DNA from: Dipteris shenzhenensis | Lineage: Eukaryota | Assembly: GCA_047967505.1 (NCBI GenBank) | Contig: CM106538.1 | Reading direction: 5' to 3' (one strand) | DNA: 64,000 bases | Part shown: positions 24,731 to 36,694 of the stretch, one piece after another | Position numbering within the stretch: the stretch's first letter is position 1 | How the letters are laid out: every line of letters begins with the position of its first letter | The notes under the pieces: generated by a model | Told to the model about the DNA's origin: nothing | Databases searched by the model: none | Seen by the model: the letters and a program-made list of their open reading frames with translations, nothing else | Translations under genes and position numbers: made by a program

Positions 24731-27143
24731 TATGCCTTTAGAGCTTTCTCGCTAGGGGCCATGGGGAGTAGTTGAGAGAGAATGACGAGAAGAAAGTGAG
24801 GAGAGAGGGGCAAGAGAGCAATGAGGAGTAACAGAGTGGAAGGAGAGGAAGGACGGGAATGACAAGATGGGAGTGGTGTGAGAAGGGATATAGCAGGGGA
24901 GAGGTGTGAGACAAAGAAGAGAGGAGGGGAGACTTTAAAGATTGGGGAGGATGAAGCGGGACAAGGGAAAAGCAAAGATTCAAACATACAAAAGGTGAGG
25001 AGGATAAAGAGGATAGGGTGATAGGGGATGTGATTGGCACAGATTGTGGAATAAAGGAGAGTGGATGCAATAAAGTTTCCTAGAATTATCTTTTTGGAAT
25101 ATATTGGCTTGTGCGATGTATATAATTTTTTGAATAGAAGTGAATGTAAATGTAGCTTGTTTGTACCCTGAATTCTTTTATAGATCTTGAATGAGTGCCA
25201 CGATATGATTTGTAATGTGTTTCATATGCCTGTATTTGGTTCTTTTTTTTCAAACTGATTAAAAATGGAACACCCTCCTCCACGATATTCTTCCATAAAC
25301 CCCAACCCGGTTCCCCATGTTGCTATCATTAAGGGACATTGGATAAAGTTTAACATCAAAGTGCATGCGCGTGGGTGGGGTCCAAACCGATTTCACATGG
25401 AGCGGCATTTTCTAAGGGAGGCATAAAACAACCTATAGGATCTCCGTAAGCTTTGGAGAGACCGCTTTGAGCAACTACTTAGCAAGCAGGACCGCAACTA
25501 ATAGTCTAAGAAGAGTATAACTATATATTAGAAGAAGTGGAAGATGATGTCCCGAGTGACCCGTCTAGTGTTGAGGAGGAGGAAAGCACCTTAGATAGTA
25601 ATGCAAAGCAGTAGACCTCCTCCTCTCTTTTGAAATTTTTGAAGAATGTCTCTTGTGGAGATGAATTTTGTTGAATAATACTATTTTTGCACTTGTTTTT
25701 GTATATGAAATCTCTTTTGGAGATAAAATTTGTACCTGAACACTCTTTTGGATCTAAATTTGGTATATGAATACTCTTTTGGATACATATGTTAATGTAA
25801 CTTATGGAGATATATGATAATATACAATGAAGCATTAAGTAAATTGTCTTTTCATAGTTTTAGTAAATTGAACTTGAGTTTTAAGTAGTAAATTGTCTTT
25901 TAAGTAAAGTGTAAGTATTTATTAGTTTTTCACTTCTTACCCGCTCTTGTGTTCGTGTTTGTTTTCTTGTTTGTGTCTATGTTTGTCCAATCTCCCCAAA
26001 TTAGACATGTCAGCACGTTGCACATCTGGAGAGCACAGACCCCGTGATCATGAGCCCCTCATAGGACAAGACATCATGGGTTCTACTCTCCAAAGGACTT
26101 TCTTTCCACTCAGCCAAATCCTGAGGGGCCTACCCCTACGACTACCCCTTGGTGGACTTCCCACCATAGGCCAACTCCTCTCAGGCCTACCCCTGCGACT
26201 ACCCCTCGAGGAACTCCTTTGCTACTAGTAGCCCATGCTCAACCCATGGCTTCATCGAGAGTGGCGACGAGTTTGTTGCATCCATGAGAAATGCAGAGGC
26301 AACGAGATTCTTCTCTCTCCTGTCCAAAGGACCTCGGCTATTCCCTCTCCTACACCCCTTGGGGGTAGATCCAGGACATTGATGGCTTTACCTACTCAAC
26401 AACCATCCCCTGTAGCCCCTTCTGGGGGGTCATCACCTTGGCATACCCATCCAAAAAGAGTAGTAAGGGTCAAGGCTATTGTGGTGGCACGAGGGGTATT
26501 GACGAGTCTGTACACTCACATCCCTATAGGTCTCCCCTTCCTCATGAGATGCAATACCAGTCAGGTGTCTCGGCCTCTCCACACACAAGATGCAACACCC
26601 TAGAGACCACTCGCTCCTTAAGTGCTCGCTCCACCCTTTGCTCTAGCTCTGCTACTCCATCCACCATGAATCCTTCAGACTTTGTTTTTCCCATAGTGTC
26701 TCTTTAAGCCATTCATTTATGAGGCTGCTAGGTGTGAGATCAGAGAGTCATCAAGTTGTGTTTCAGATCAAACAGTCATCTACAACTCGAAGCATCTTCC
26801 TTGTTTCATGGCATGACTCTAATTATTTATTTTTCCTTTTAGTCTCGAGCATTTTCTAAATGACAGAAGCTTAGAAATGACAGCTGAAAGGGTAATGCAC
26901 TACTTAAAAGAGTTTCCATGTAAACATCGAAGCTTTTAACAAAAGCTTTTATGTGAATCCACATGTTAGCTTACATGTTTAATAAGTGCACTCTGTGGTA
27001 GTTTAAGTACTATGCTTTAGATCAGTATGGACAGTTTAAAGTCTTAAGTCAGAAGACTTGAAATGATGTAACAAGCACACAAAGGATGGGTACAAACTTT
27101 GCAAGATCCCCTAAAAATCTATTGTTTGTGAAAGAGGATGAGT

Positions 27144-27560
27144 TCAGAAGTCATGACCAACACTTTGTCCTTTTTCAGAAGGTGGTAGACCACATTGCAT
27201 CTGCAGTTCCTTGAACCTTTCTACATTGAAGTGCCTATTTTCATAAGCTTCCTTTGCTTGGAAGAAACAAGTGTACACATCAAATCTTGAAAAGATGGAT
27301 TTCTAGAGGTAAGAATGAAATACAAAAAACCAGCTATGAGGCCAAGAGATGATACAAAGAATGCAATGGGTTCCATCAAATCCCATGATAACTCCTAGAA
27401 AGTGAGGCGAAAGAAAAGTAAGGTCTGCATTATGACGACCACCAGAGCTATTCAGAACATTTTGCGCGCTTTCCTTAGTGCGATTCTATCAATCTCTTCT
27501 TTCTCCTTTTGCACACCACTCACATTCCTCTCCTAATTGCAAGGTTATCCTCGCAGTTTC
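27144..27560 (-). pseudogene. MCU: Mitochondrial calcium uniporter family pseudogene (pore region)
   Basis: KEEIDRIALRKARKMF*IALVVVIMQTLLFFRLTF*ELSWDLMEPIAFFVSSLGLIAGFLYFILTSRNPSF...SSKQRKLMK[frameshift]HFNVERFKEL. WDxMEP selectivity motif at 27368-27385. Two Trp codons are stops. Confidence 0.88.
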
Positions 27561-28399
27561 TAGCAATCATATAGTTTCAACGTGAAAACAAATGGAAGAT
27601 GAATACACAAGGCAACTAAGACTTACCAGGCAAAGACGATTGAGAGAATAGCACCAAGACAATAGCAGGTGATAGCGATAGAGAAAATAGCACTAGGAGC
27701 AGTCGTTGCTGCTATGGCGATGGTGAAACAGGAACAATAGCAAGCTTTGATGATCGCAATGACATGAAATTTCAAAAGAAGGAAATCTAGTAGGGTGGAT
27801 GACAAAACAGAGCAAGACAGCGATTTGACTAAACAGAGCGAGAAGGCAGTTCGACGAGACAATGGGAAGCAAATTTTGATTTGGAGGGAGTTTCTTGAAT
27901 CAATAAAAAATGAAAATGAAAATATAAACCTGAACCTGACACATGGCTTCACCAGAGGGCAGATTTCCTTTTTATGTCACAATGCTACTTGCCTAAAGAA
28001 AATGAAAGGTAGACTATTGCGTGCCTTTTCCATTCGCTACGAACTCTAAAGAATCTTAAATGCAACGTATCTTTATGTCTCTTTGATTACCTCTTCAACG
28101 TGTACGCCCATAATAATAAGACAATACGTAGCATCATACTAGGGGTGCGTCCTACAGTGACTACGAAAACTCAAGACCGCATCAAGCTATCCACACAATA
28201 AGCCCACTTATCACGCTAGCATAAAAGTAGCAGGTAGAGACCAAAGCAGAGCCATGATAACCCATTAACCAACGCGGTCTTGTATAAATAGTAATTTCTT
28301 TTTCAGTTCAATATTAGTTATTTTTTGCTACTTTCTCTAAAACAACATGCGAGACATACAATCTCTTGTGTTAGACCATATTCTATTCTATTGTGCCTT

Positions 28400-28696
28400 T
28401 GTTGAGATATCAAGCTCTATCCCCGACATATCTCCTGGATGACTATCATTTATGTCACCGTCTATGTTAGTTGTACTCGTGGTGTAGTTAGACTACCACG
28501 TATGTTTTGGTTTGGGTTCACATATGAACCACGTATTCTAGGTTTTGACATATAGGGTATTTCCCTCTTCTATTGTATTGTTGTTGTGTGCAAAAGTGAA
28601 GAAAGGCTTCACCCTCCAACCTTGTGTCCTCTCTCTTTTGTGTGTTGTGAAGAAAGCTGAACTTGAGTCTCCTATCTCTCTCCCTTATTCTTTACA
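28400..28696 (+). repeat. 5' LTR of the intact Copia
   Basis: TGTTGAG...TTTACA, direct repeat of 33588-33884. Confidence 0.97.
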
Positions 28697-28708
28697 TGGT
28701 ATCAGAGC
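28697..28708 (+). promoter_or_regulatory. Primer-binding site (initiator tRNA-Met)
   Basis: TGGTATCAGAGC directly after the LTR. Confidence 0.95.
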
Positions 28709-29274
28709 CTTGTTCGTGGTAAGGAGCTCAAGAAAGAAAGCCAAGTTTGTGGTGTCCTGGTAAGAGGACCAGTGTTGCTTTCCTACTTCGAGTTTGGGAG
28801 CAAATCTCTGCAGGTAGCACAGCCAAAAGTGCAGGAGTGCACTGCTTCAGATTGAGAGGCCCTTCGCGGTGCGGCGAGAGCGCAGTATATGCTGCGGGAA
28901 AAGGGCGAAGCCCTAGGTGACGTTATTTTTTTGATTTGAGGCCGTTTCGGGGCCCGTTTTGAGGGGAAGTTCTTCGCAGGCACTCAGAAAAAGGCCCTGT
29001 TTTTGCTGTGCGACCACTGCGCGCGGCCAGTCGGTGGAAAGGTGCCACAGAAACTGTGTCGTATGCCTGTGTGCAGAGATATTGGGAGTTGCAGATTCAT
29101 GCCTGTTGCCTGTTGATGCAAAATCGTCACTAGGAAGTGACTGTGTGGTGAAATACCACTTTCGTCAGTGTTGCAGATCTGCCCCTGTGAGGCTTTTCAC
29201 AGAAGTTTTGCTATTTGCCCTTGTGAGGCATTTGCTGTGTTTACAGGTTGCTGTTGCAATTCGTGATTTGTAAA

Positions 29275-32200
29275 ATGTCTGAGAATCTGTCTACCATTGT
29301 CAGTGAGAAGCTTGACAAGAACAACTTCCAAGCATGGAAGTTCAGGATGACAAACTTCCTTATGGGAAAGGGAGTTTGGGATTACATCAGTGGTGAAACT
29401 GCAGAACCAGTTTTGGGTACTGCTCCCACTCCTGCTGAATTGAAGGCTTTTAAGGAATGGCATGAAAAAGCCAGAAAATGCTTGTATTGGCTATCTGTTA
29501 GCATTTCAGATTCTATGATTGTGCATATACAGGATCTAGAGACGCCTAAGGAAGCATGGGATACATTGGTGAAGCTGTATAGCACAAATACCAAAGCACG
29601 AAAGATGCAGCTAAAGCAGGAGTTGCACAATGTGCAAAGGAAAAATCTGAATATAAATGAGTATTCCTTGAAGGTGAAAGGCCTTGCAGATTCTCTTGCC
29701 TCCATTGGAGCACCTGTTGATGATGAGGACTTAGTGTCCGTGACCTTGAATGGTCTTGGGAAAGATTATGCACAATTTCGGACATCCATTGGAGTCCGTG
29801 AAACATTTCCTGATTTTCAGGAACTTATTGCTCTCTTGCTGAGTGAAGAGCAAAGGAATGGTGGTTCAGCCACCTCAACTTCTCAAGAGACTGCTTTCTA
29901 CTCGAATACAGGTAGAGGCAGGGGTAGAGGAAGAGGCCGTTCTGGAGGCCGTGCAGGAAATCAGAACCAACAGCAACAACAGGAAAACCAGTCCTATGGA
30001 GGAGGACGTGGTAGTTCTAGAGGCAGGGGGAGCCAAAGAGGCCGTGGTTCATGGCAAAGGAACCAGCAAGTAAATAGCAGCACAGAATGCTATTATTGTG
30101 GAAAGCCTGGACACAAGGAGAATACATGCTATAAAAAGCAGAATGACATCAAAAGTGGAAAGTTGCAGCAAAGCAACTATGCATCATCAAGTGGGCATGG
30201 TGACGACAGAAATGAGCACCTTTTTGTGATGCAGCATATGGTTAACTCCATGTCAGGAGATGCTGCAGCTTGCAATGATGTTTGGTATGTTGATTCAGGT
30301 GCCTCTAACCACATGACCAGTCATGGTGAGTGGTTTCATGATGTCAAAAATTTGGATAAGCCAGGTTATGTTGAAACAGGTGATGATACTGCGCACCCAA
30401 TTACGCAGGTTGGTAAAGTGCCATTGGCTATGCAGGATGGCAAAACAAAGTACTTGGCAGATGTACTTCATGTTCCAAAAATCACTAAGAACCTGGTTTC
30501 AGTTGGCCAGATGGTTGAGCAAGGTCTGCAGGTTAGATTTAATCCTGATGGATGCTTCGTTGAAGACCTGAAAAATAAATGCCGCTTGGTTGCGAAAGGC
30601 AACAAAAATGGAAGAATGTTCACCTTGGATGTTGATATGCCTGAGGTGAAAGCTGCTATGTTTGCGCATGGGAGAGGTGTCATTGCAGATATTGAGATAT
30701 GGCACAAGCGCATTGGGCATGTGAATATACAAAGGCTGAAATCTATGCAAACGAAAAACATTGTTGCAGGTTTGCCTAAATTCAGAGTTGAGGGAATGCA
30801 AAAGGTATGTGAAGCATGCCAAATGGGTAAGCAGGCCAGACATGCATTTCCCAAAAATGCTAAGGTGAGCAAAAGACCTTTGGAAGTGATCCATTCAGAT
30901 GTTTGGACAACCAAAGCTGCTTCTATTGGTGGATGTCATTATTATGTGACGTTTATTGATGACTACACTAGGAAGGTGTGGATTTATTTTATGAAGCACA
31001 AAAGTGAAGTGTTCAGCCACTTCAAGGCTTTTAAGGCCATGGTTGAAAAAGAGAAAGGTGTGCATATTAAAGTGCTGAGATCTGATGGAGGGGGAGAGTA
31101 CTTTTCAGAAGAATTTTGTGAATATCTGAAAGAACAGGGAATTCAAAGGAAGTACTCATGCAGGTCTACCCCTCAGCAGAATGGGGTTGCAGAAAGGAAG
31201 AACAGGCATATTGCAGAAGTAGGACGGGCGATCCTAAATGAGAAAAACATGCCTGATTATTTTTGGGCTGAAGCAGTAGCAACTGCTGTTTATATTATGA
31301 ACAGAACCCCCACTGCAGCTGTCCATGGCATGACGCCTGAAGAAATGTATACAGGCCAAAAACCAGATATTTCTCACTTGAAGGTATTTGGTTGCATAGC
31401 TTATGTTCATGTTCCTGATGAGAAGAGAACAAAGCTGGATCCAAAGGCAAAAAAATGCATCTTTATTGGATATGCTCAGCATCAGAAAGGGTATCGCTGT
31501 TATAACCCTTCCACCCGCAAAATGCAAGTGAGCAGAGATGTGGTTTTTGATGAAATGAGTAGCTGGTATGCACCAACTGTTATGGTAGGAGATGCAGATG
31601 CAGGAAATGGGAATGCTGCAATAAATGCAGAGCAGCAATCTCAAGCCTTGAGTGGACCCAGAGAGTCCTCTACTAGTGGATCTAATGCATGGACAGGGAG
31701 ATTGAGATCTAGTGAATCGTCACATGGCAGCCCTGATAGTGTTGTGCAGGTATCACATAAGGGAAAAGAAAAAGTGGACCATGCTCCAGTGTTTGATGTG
31801 TCTGCTGGTAGCTCTCATGTTGATGGAGAGTCAAGCGGCTCTGAAATGAGCCTTGATGAGGAACTTGGGATTCCTTCTGTTGTTACACCTGGTGCAAGGA
31901 AAGGCAGGCATGATTTAAAGACTCCTGCAACTGATCCAGTTGTACGGAGGTCCACTCGTATTAAGTATCCAGTTGACAGGCTGAGATATGATGGGTATAC
32001 AGCACATCACTATGCTTATATGGTCAAGGTTCTAGAGGAGCCAGAGCCCACATGTTTTGAGGATGCAGCAGGGCATAAAAATTGGGAAGCAGCTATGGAT
32101 GAAGAGATGGCTGCCTTGGATGCAAACCACACTTGGGATTTGATGCCTTTGCCTCATGATAAGAAGGCTATTGGCTGCAAGTGGGTTTACAAAGTAAAGC

Positions 32201-33630
32201 ACAATGCTGATGGGTCTGTTAGCAGGTATAAGGCAAGATTGGTTGCCAAAGGTTTTGCACAGACATATGGAATTGACTATGAGGAAACTTTCAGCCCAGT
32301 TGCAAGGATGGCAACCGTGAGAGCAGTAATTGCTATGGCTGCTGCAAAGGGATGGTCTTTGCATCAGATGGATGTGAAAAATGCCTTCTTGCATGGTGAC
32401 TTGCAGGAAGAGGTTTATATGATGCAGCCAGAAGGTTATGAGGATAATGCACACCCCGATTTTGTATGCAGGTTGCGCAAAGCCTTGTATGGCTTAAAAC
32501 AGGCGCCGAGGGCATGGTCAGACAAGATAGGGCAATATCTTGTCACTATTGGATTTCAGATTTCCAATTCAGATTTTTCACTTTATGTGAAAAGGACAAA
32601 CAGAGGGATTGTGCTTATAGTCATCTATGTTGATGACTTGATTATTACAGGTGATAGTGATGCAGACATTAATGAAGTGAAGCTGCTGTTGAAGCAGAAA
32701 TTTGAGATGAAGGATTTGGGAGAGCTGCGTTACTTCTTGGGCATTGAGGTTATTAGATCCCCGAGTGGGATATGGCTGTTGCAAAGGCAATACGGTTTGG
32801 ACATGCTGTCCAAATATGGGATGACAGGCTGTAAGCCTATTTCTGTTCCATTGGAGCAGAATGTGAAGCTCAATGCAGAAACAGGTGAGCTTCTTGAAGA
32901 TATTACTATGTACAGGCGCATAGTAGGTAGCTTAATTTACATGACTATAACCAGACCAGATTTGAGCTATGCTGTGGGGCTGGTGAGTCAGTTTATGCAG
33001 GCACCGAGGAAGCCACATTTGGATGCGGCTAGGCGCATACTGCGGTATGTGAAGTCCACATTGCATTATGGACTGTTTTATGAAGCTGGCTGTGCATTAC
33101 AGGTACATGGATACACAGATGCTGACTGGGCTGGTAGTGTCTCAGACAGGAGATCTACTAGTGGTTTTATGTTTTCCCTTGGGAGTGGTGCCATCAGTTG
33201 GAGCAGCAAGAAGCAGCCAACAGTTGCCTTGTCGAGCACAGAGGCTGAGTACAGGGGTGCAGCAATGGCTGCATGTGAGGTAGCTTGGTTACGGAAGCTA
33301 CTTGCAGATATGGGACAGTCAGTTCATGCAGCAGTTGTCATTCATTGTGACAACATTAGCAGCATCATGCTTGCTAATAACCCAGTTTATCATGCTAGAA
33401 CGAAGCACATTGAGGTGCATTATCACTTTGTGAGAGAGAAGGTTCTAGCTGGTGAGATTGATCTTGTCTATGTCAGCACTGAGGAGCAGGTGGCTGATAT
33501 CTTTACGAAGGCATTGGGTACCGAGAAGCTTCGCAGATTTAGGAGCTTGCTTGGTGTACGTGAGATGGATTTGAGCTTGAGGGGGAGTGTTGAGATATCA
33601 AGCTCTATCCCCGACATATCTCCTGGATGA
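29275..33630 (+). CDS. Copia Gag-Pol polyprotein (Gag, CCHC knuckle, protease, integrase, RT, RNase H), ~1451 aa from the first ATG
   Basis: CYYCGKPGHKENTC; WYVDSGASNHMT; WHKRIGH...CEACQ; IHSDV, RSDGGGEY, NGVAERKNR; KARLVAKG, YVDD; YTDADWAG, RTKHIEV. The stop lies inside the 3' LTR. Confidence 0.98.
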   Translation: MSENLSTIVSEKLDKNNFQAWKFRMTNFLMGKGVWDYISGETAEPVLGTAPTPAELKAFKEWHEKARKCLYWLSVSISDSMIVHIQDLETPKEAWDTLVKLYSTNTKARKMQLKQELHNVQRKNLNINEYSLKVKGLADSLASIGAPVDDEDLVSVTLNGLGKDYAQFRTSIGVRETFPDFQELIALLLSEEQRNGGSATSTSQETAFYSNTGRGRGRGRGRSGGRAGNQNQQQQQENQSYGGGRGSSRGRGSQRGRGSWQRNQQVNSSTECYYCGKPGHKENTCYKKQNDIKSGKLQQSNYASSSGHGDDRNEHLFVMQHMVNSMSGDAAACNDVWYVDSGASNHMTSHGEWFHDVKNLDKPGYVETGDDTAHPITQVGKVPLAMQDGKTKYLADVLHVPKITKNLVSVGQMVEQGLQVRFNPDGCFVEDLKNKCRLVAKGNKNGRMFTLDVDMPEVKAAMFAHGRGVIADIEIWHKRIGHVNIQRLKSMQTKNIVAGLPKFRVEGMQKVCEACQMGKQARHAFPKNAKVSKRPLEVIHSDVWTTKAASIGGCHYYVTFIDDYTRKVWIYFMKHKSEVFSHFKAFKAMVEKEKGVHIKVLRSDGGGEYFSEEFCEYLKEQGIQRKYSCRSTPQQNGVAERKNRHIAEVGRAILNEKNMPDYFWAEAVATAVYIMNRTPTAAVHGMTPEEMYTGQKPDISHLKVFGCIAYVHVPDEKRTKLDPKAKKCIFIGYAQHQKGYRCYNPSTRKMQVSRDVVFDEMSSWYAPTVMVGDADAGNGNAAINAEQQSQALSGPRESSTSGSNAWTGRLRSSESSHGSPDSVVQVSHKGKEKVDHAPVFDVSAGSSHVDGESSGSEMSLDEELGIPSVVTPGARKGRHDLKTPATDPVVRRSTRIKYPVDRLRYDGYTAHHYAYMVKVLEEPEPTCFEDAAGHKNWEAAMDEEMAALDANHTWDLMPLPHDKKAIGCKWVYKVKHNADGSVSRYKARLVAKGFAQTYGIDYEETFSPVARMATVRAVIAMAAAKGWSLHQMDVKNAFLHGDLQEEVYMMQPEGYEDNAHPDFVCRLRKALYGLKQAPRAWSDKIGQYLVTIGFQISNSDFSLYVKRTNRGIVLIVIYVDDLIITGDSDADINEVKLLLKQKFEMKDLGELRYFLGIEVIRSPSGIWLLQRQYGLDMLSKYGMTGCKPISVPLEQNVKLNAETGELLEDITMYRRIVGSLIYMTITRPDLSYAVGLVSQFMQAPRKPHLDAARRILRYVKSTLHYGLFYEAGCALQVHGYTDADWAGSVSDRRSTSGFMFSLGSGAISWSSKKQPTVALSSTEAEYRGAAMAACEVAWLRKLLADMGQSVHAAVVIHCDNISSIMLANNPVYHARTKHIEVHYHFVREKVLAGEIDLVYVSTEEQVADIFTKALGTEKLRRFRSLLGVREMDLSLRGSVEISSSIPDISPG
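33577..33587 (+). promoter_or_regulatory. Polypurine tract of the intact Copia
   Basis: TTGAGGGGGAG immediately before the 3' LTR. Confidence 0.9.
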
Positions 33631-33884
33631 CTATCATTTATGTCACCGTCTATGTTAGTTGTACTCGTGGTGTAGTTAGACTACCACGTATGTTTTGGTT
33701 TGGGTTCACATATGAACCACGTATTCTAGGTTTTGACATATAGGGTATTTCCCTCTTCTATTGTATTGTTGTTGTGTGCAAAAGTGAAGAAAGGCTTCAC
33801 CCTCCAACCTTGTGTCCTCTCTCTTTTGTGTGTTGTGAAGAAAGCTGAACTTGAGTCTCCTATCTCTCTCCCTTATTCTTTACA
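33588..33884 (+). repeat. 3' LTR of the intact Copia
   Basis: Direct repeat of 28400-28696. Confidence 0.97.
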
Positions 33885-34134
33885 GCCTTTTGCCTTGACG
33901 GAGTTGAAGAAACATGCGAGACAATATATGCAGCAAGCAGACTCTCTTGACACGTTACACAGAAAACAAATCGTATGGATCAGATATGTGCAATGTATAT
34001 TGTCTATGAATGGCTTAGTAGGAGTAAGATTCACCATTTCAGCCACAAGAAGTGCTTCCAAACTAGAAAATTCATGCATATTTGCTAGATAGAACTAACC
34101 ATTTTGTCCTCTTTGTCTAGAGAATTGTATTTGC

Positions 34135-34480
34135 TATATAGCTATCTAGGAAATGTGAGCCTTTATATGGAGAATCAACTGGAATTTTCCTTTCTTATAT
34201 AGGAAATTTGAGTACCTATATTGTGCTATCTAGTAAATGTGACTTTGTATATGGAGAATAGATTGGATTTCAAGTTTGTTATATAGTGAATTATATTTCC
34301 CATATTGTACAAGTATATTGCTATGTAGTAAATGTGAGTTTTTATATGGAGAATAACGTGAATAGTTTGCTATGTAGGGAAGTGTATTTCCTATATAGCC
34401 CAAGTATGTTGCTATTTAGGAAATGTGAGTTTGCATATGGAGAATGAAGTAGCATCTATAATTCCTATATAGAAAATGAG
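34135..34480. repeat. Degenerate tandem repeat, ~85-95 bp x4
   Basis: GCTAT(C/G/T)TAG(G/T)AAATGTGA...ATATGGAGAAT at about 34141, 34225, 34320 and 34411. Confidence 0.75.
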
Positions 34481-35504
34481 GTTTTTATCAAGCAAATTGG
34501 AGAGAATGTATCTATCTATTACTTATTAACCATGGACAAAGGAAAAAAGAAGCAAGGACACTTGGCAACTTGGAGACCAAGAGCATGCCATATATCCAAA
34601 ATTTGAGCCTTTGGACCTTTGAAACTACTCTCCTTCATTTGAGAATTTTGAATTGGAAATGATGCTTGAAACTACCTTCACAATTTTTGAATTTGAAGCA
34701 ATGCATACCTCATGACTGTTTACAAAAACTGACGTTTTAATAGTTAATAAATTATTTGAAACTTTGCAAACATTAAGCAGCAGTCTTTTGTGAACTAGAT
34801 ATGCCACAATACATGATTCATGCAATTCAATCACATCCGTCCATAAAATTGACCAAGGTTGGACGCATCTACATCTATTTATGACCTTCAAGGGACAAAA
34901 CATGAATTTCGTAAGAGATATAACTAGATTACATGGTTTTTGCAAGAAATATAACTAGATTCAAGGATGATTCCTTGATGATTCACGTTTAAAACATGCA
35001 TACTTTGACTGAATATCTAGTGTTGTAATGATTTACATTTTGAATGTGCATAATGCAACTTCATACGTTAATCCAATTCTACAGTGTCATTCAAGATCCT
35101 ATTCAATCTGCCTTGTATCACAAATAGTAGAGTCTTCTAGCTTGTCACCATCATATTTTAAGACTTCCTTGTTAGGTTCTAAATCCAAAATGCATACATT
35201 TAAATCAATTTGGATTTGATTATTGTATCTTTGAGGGCCCAAAACACACAATGGTATTTGTGGCTTCATTGGTCTAGAAGGCGATGAGGATGAGCCAAAC
35301 ACAAGCCTTCTAGTTGAGGTCTAGACCTCAACTTACTACAAGCCCAAACAACTCGCAGTTGATCTCCTCGATTGACTAAGTTAAAATATAATTGAGGGCT
35401 ATCTAAAGAATTCCTCACATAATTTTTCCTAGGAAGAAGACTGATGCTCATAGGCACGACGGGCATCTGCCATAAAACCCCTGCGTGGGGCAGACAAAAC
35501 ATCT

Positions 35505-35600
35505 TGACTTCTCCCCTCACGTTCCCTTTTCCTACATGGCCCTTGAGCGTCGCCATGCCTAGCATCTAGCCCCTTTTCTCAAATTCTTTTCTAGTTAATA
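35505..35600 (+). repeat. 3' end of an LTR related to the Gypsy LTR at 492/8425, in the opposite orientation
   Basis: CTTCTCCCCTCACGTTCCCTTTTCC...CGCCATGCCT...AATTCTTTTCTAGTTAATA is the reverse complement of the 492-585 region. Confidence 0.75.
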
Positions 35601-36694
35601 GTAGCCATCTCGAGAGTTTCACTACCAAGATCTTGACTAACAAGCTGCTCTAGACTAGTTTGGGTGCTTTCAAGTATAGGCTCTAACTGCTCTAGACCAT
35701 TATGGGAGCTTTCAAGTATGGGATCATCACTTCTTGCTAGTACATCATAGCATGGATGAAGCTGCGAGTTGTCAACTACAATCTCCTCACTACTTGGAAG
35801 TACATCTACTTTTCTTATTACTGGTACATCCTTAAGTAGTCCACTTCCCTCTCCCTTCAAAATAATCTCTTTATGAGGTTTCATGCTCTGCATTTGGACC
35901 TCTATTGCTTTCCCTTTCCCTTCCACTGCAGCAATTTATTTTTCTTCCTTCTTATTGCTGCCTTCTTTTATGACCAATGGAACCTCAATGCTTCTTTGTA
36001 ATCTCTCATCCATTCTCTTCTTTGTGCGTAGTTCTGGGTTTGAGTTCTCTGATGTAGTAGGCACATTTTTGCACATTTAGGAAGACCTATTTAATTTTGT
36101 ATTAGGGATTATTGAGTCTTATTTTCCCTAATAAATCCCACAAATAAGCATATAGTTAGTGCCTACCTAATTGACACATCACTGCACTCACACGATTTTG
36201 CATAGGCACATAATAGATTGCATCAATAATAGTACCACACACTTTCATTCCATACTCTCAAAGCATGCAATGAATTCACAAGCAGGACAAGAAGCTATGC
36301 CAAAACTCAAGATGAATTGGCAAAAGAGTCTGCAGCCTCAATAAAACGAGACCCCCGCCAAACATCACAACTGTCTCCTAAATGTAAAAATATCAGACTT
36401 GCATACAAACTTATCCTACAAGCTCAATGATATGGGTGCAATCACATCCAACATGTATGCAAGATACAAGAAATGCCAGCCTCAACAACGAGACCTCCGC
36501 CAAACCTCTTCCCAAGAAGATTGAATGGTAGAGTCCACAGCCTTAGCAATGATATCCCCTTTGAAATTCACAACCGTCTACCCCTCCTCAAGAGGAGATA
36601 AGCTTCCTGACTACATACCATAAATTGTATGGTGCAAAAGCATTATAGTAGCAATGACTCGCATGCCACAAGCTTAATAGCCCACTGGTATTAC

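Larger units (their letters stand above)
28400..33884 (+). mobile_element. Intact, very young Ty1/Copia LTR retrotransposon
   Basis: 297-bp LTRs, identical by eye. 5-bp TSD GCCTT (28395-28399, 33885-33889). tRNA-Met PBS, PPT and an uninterrupted polyprotein ORF. Confidence 0.98.

Noticed and set aside
22627-24775. Long ORFs (180-378 aa) rich in S/L/F/P or E/K/R/G
   Set aside because: Artefacts of a C/T low-complexity tract that cannot form stop codons; open in several frames on both strands.
29382-33283. Antisense and alternate-frame ORFs within the intact Copia
   Set aside because: Shadow ORFs of the polyprotein with no independent motifs.
35591-36200. Host gene from the MEGKGKAIEVQ ORF
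   Set aside because: Low-complexity linker typical of retroelement polyproteins, abutting an LTR end, with no recognisable domain.
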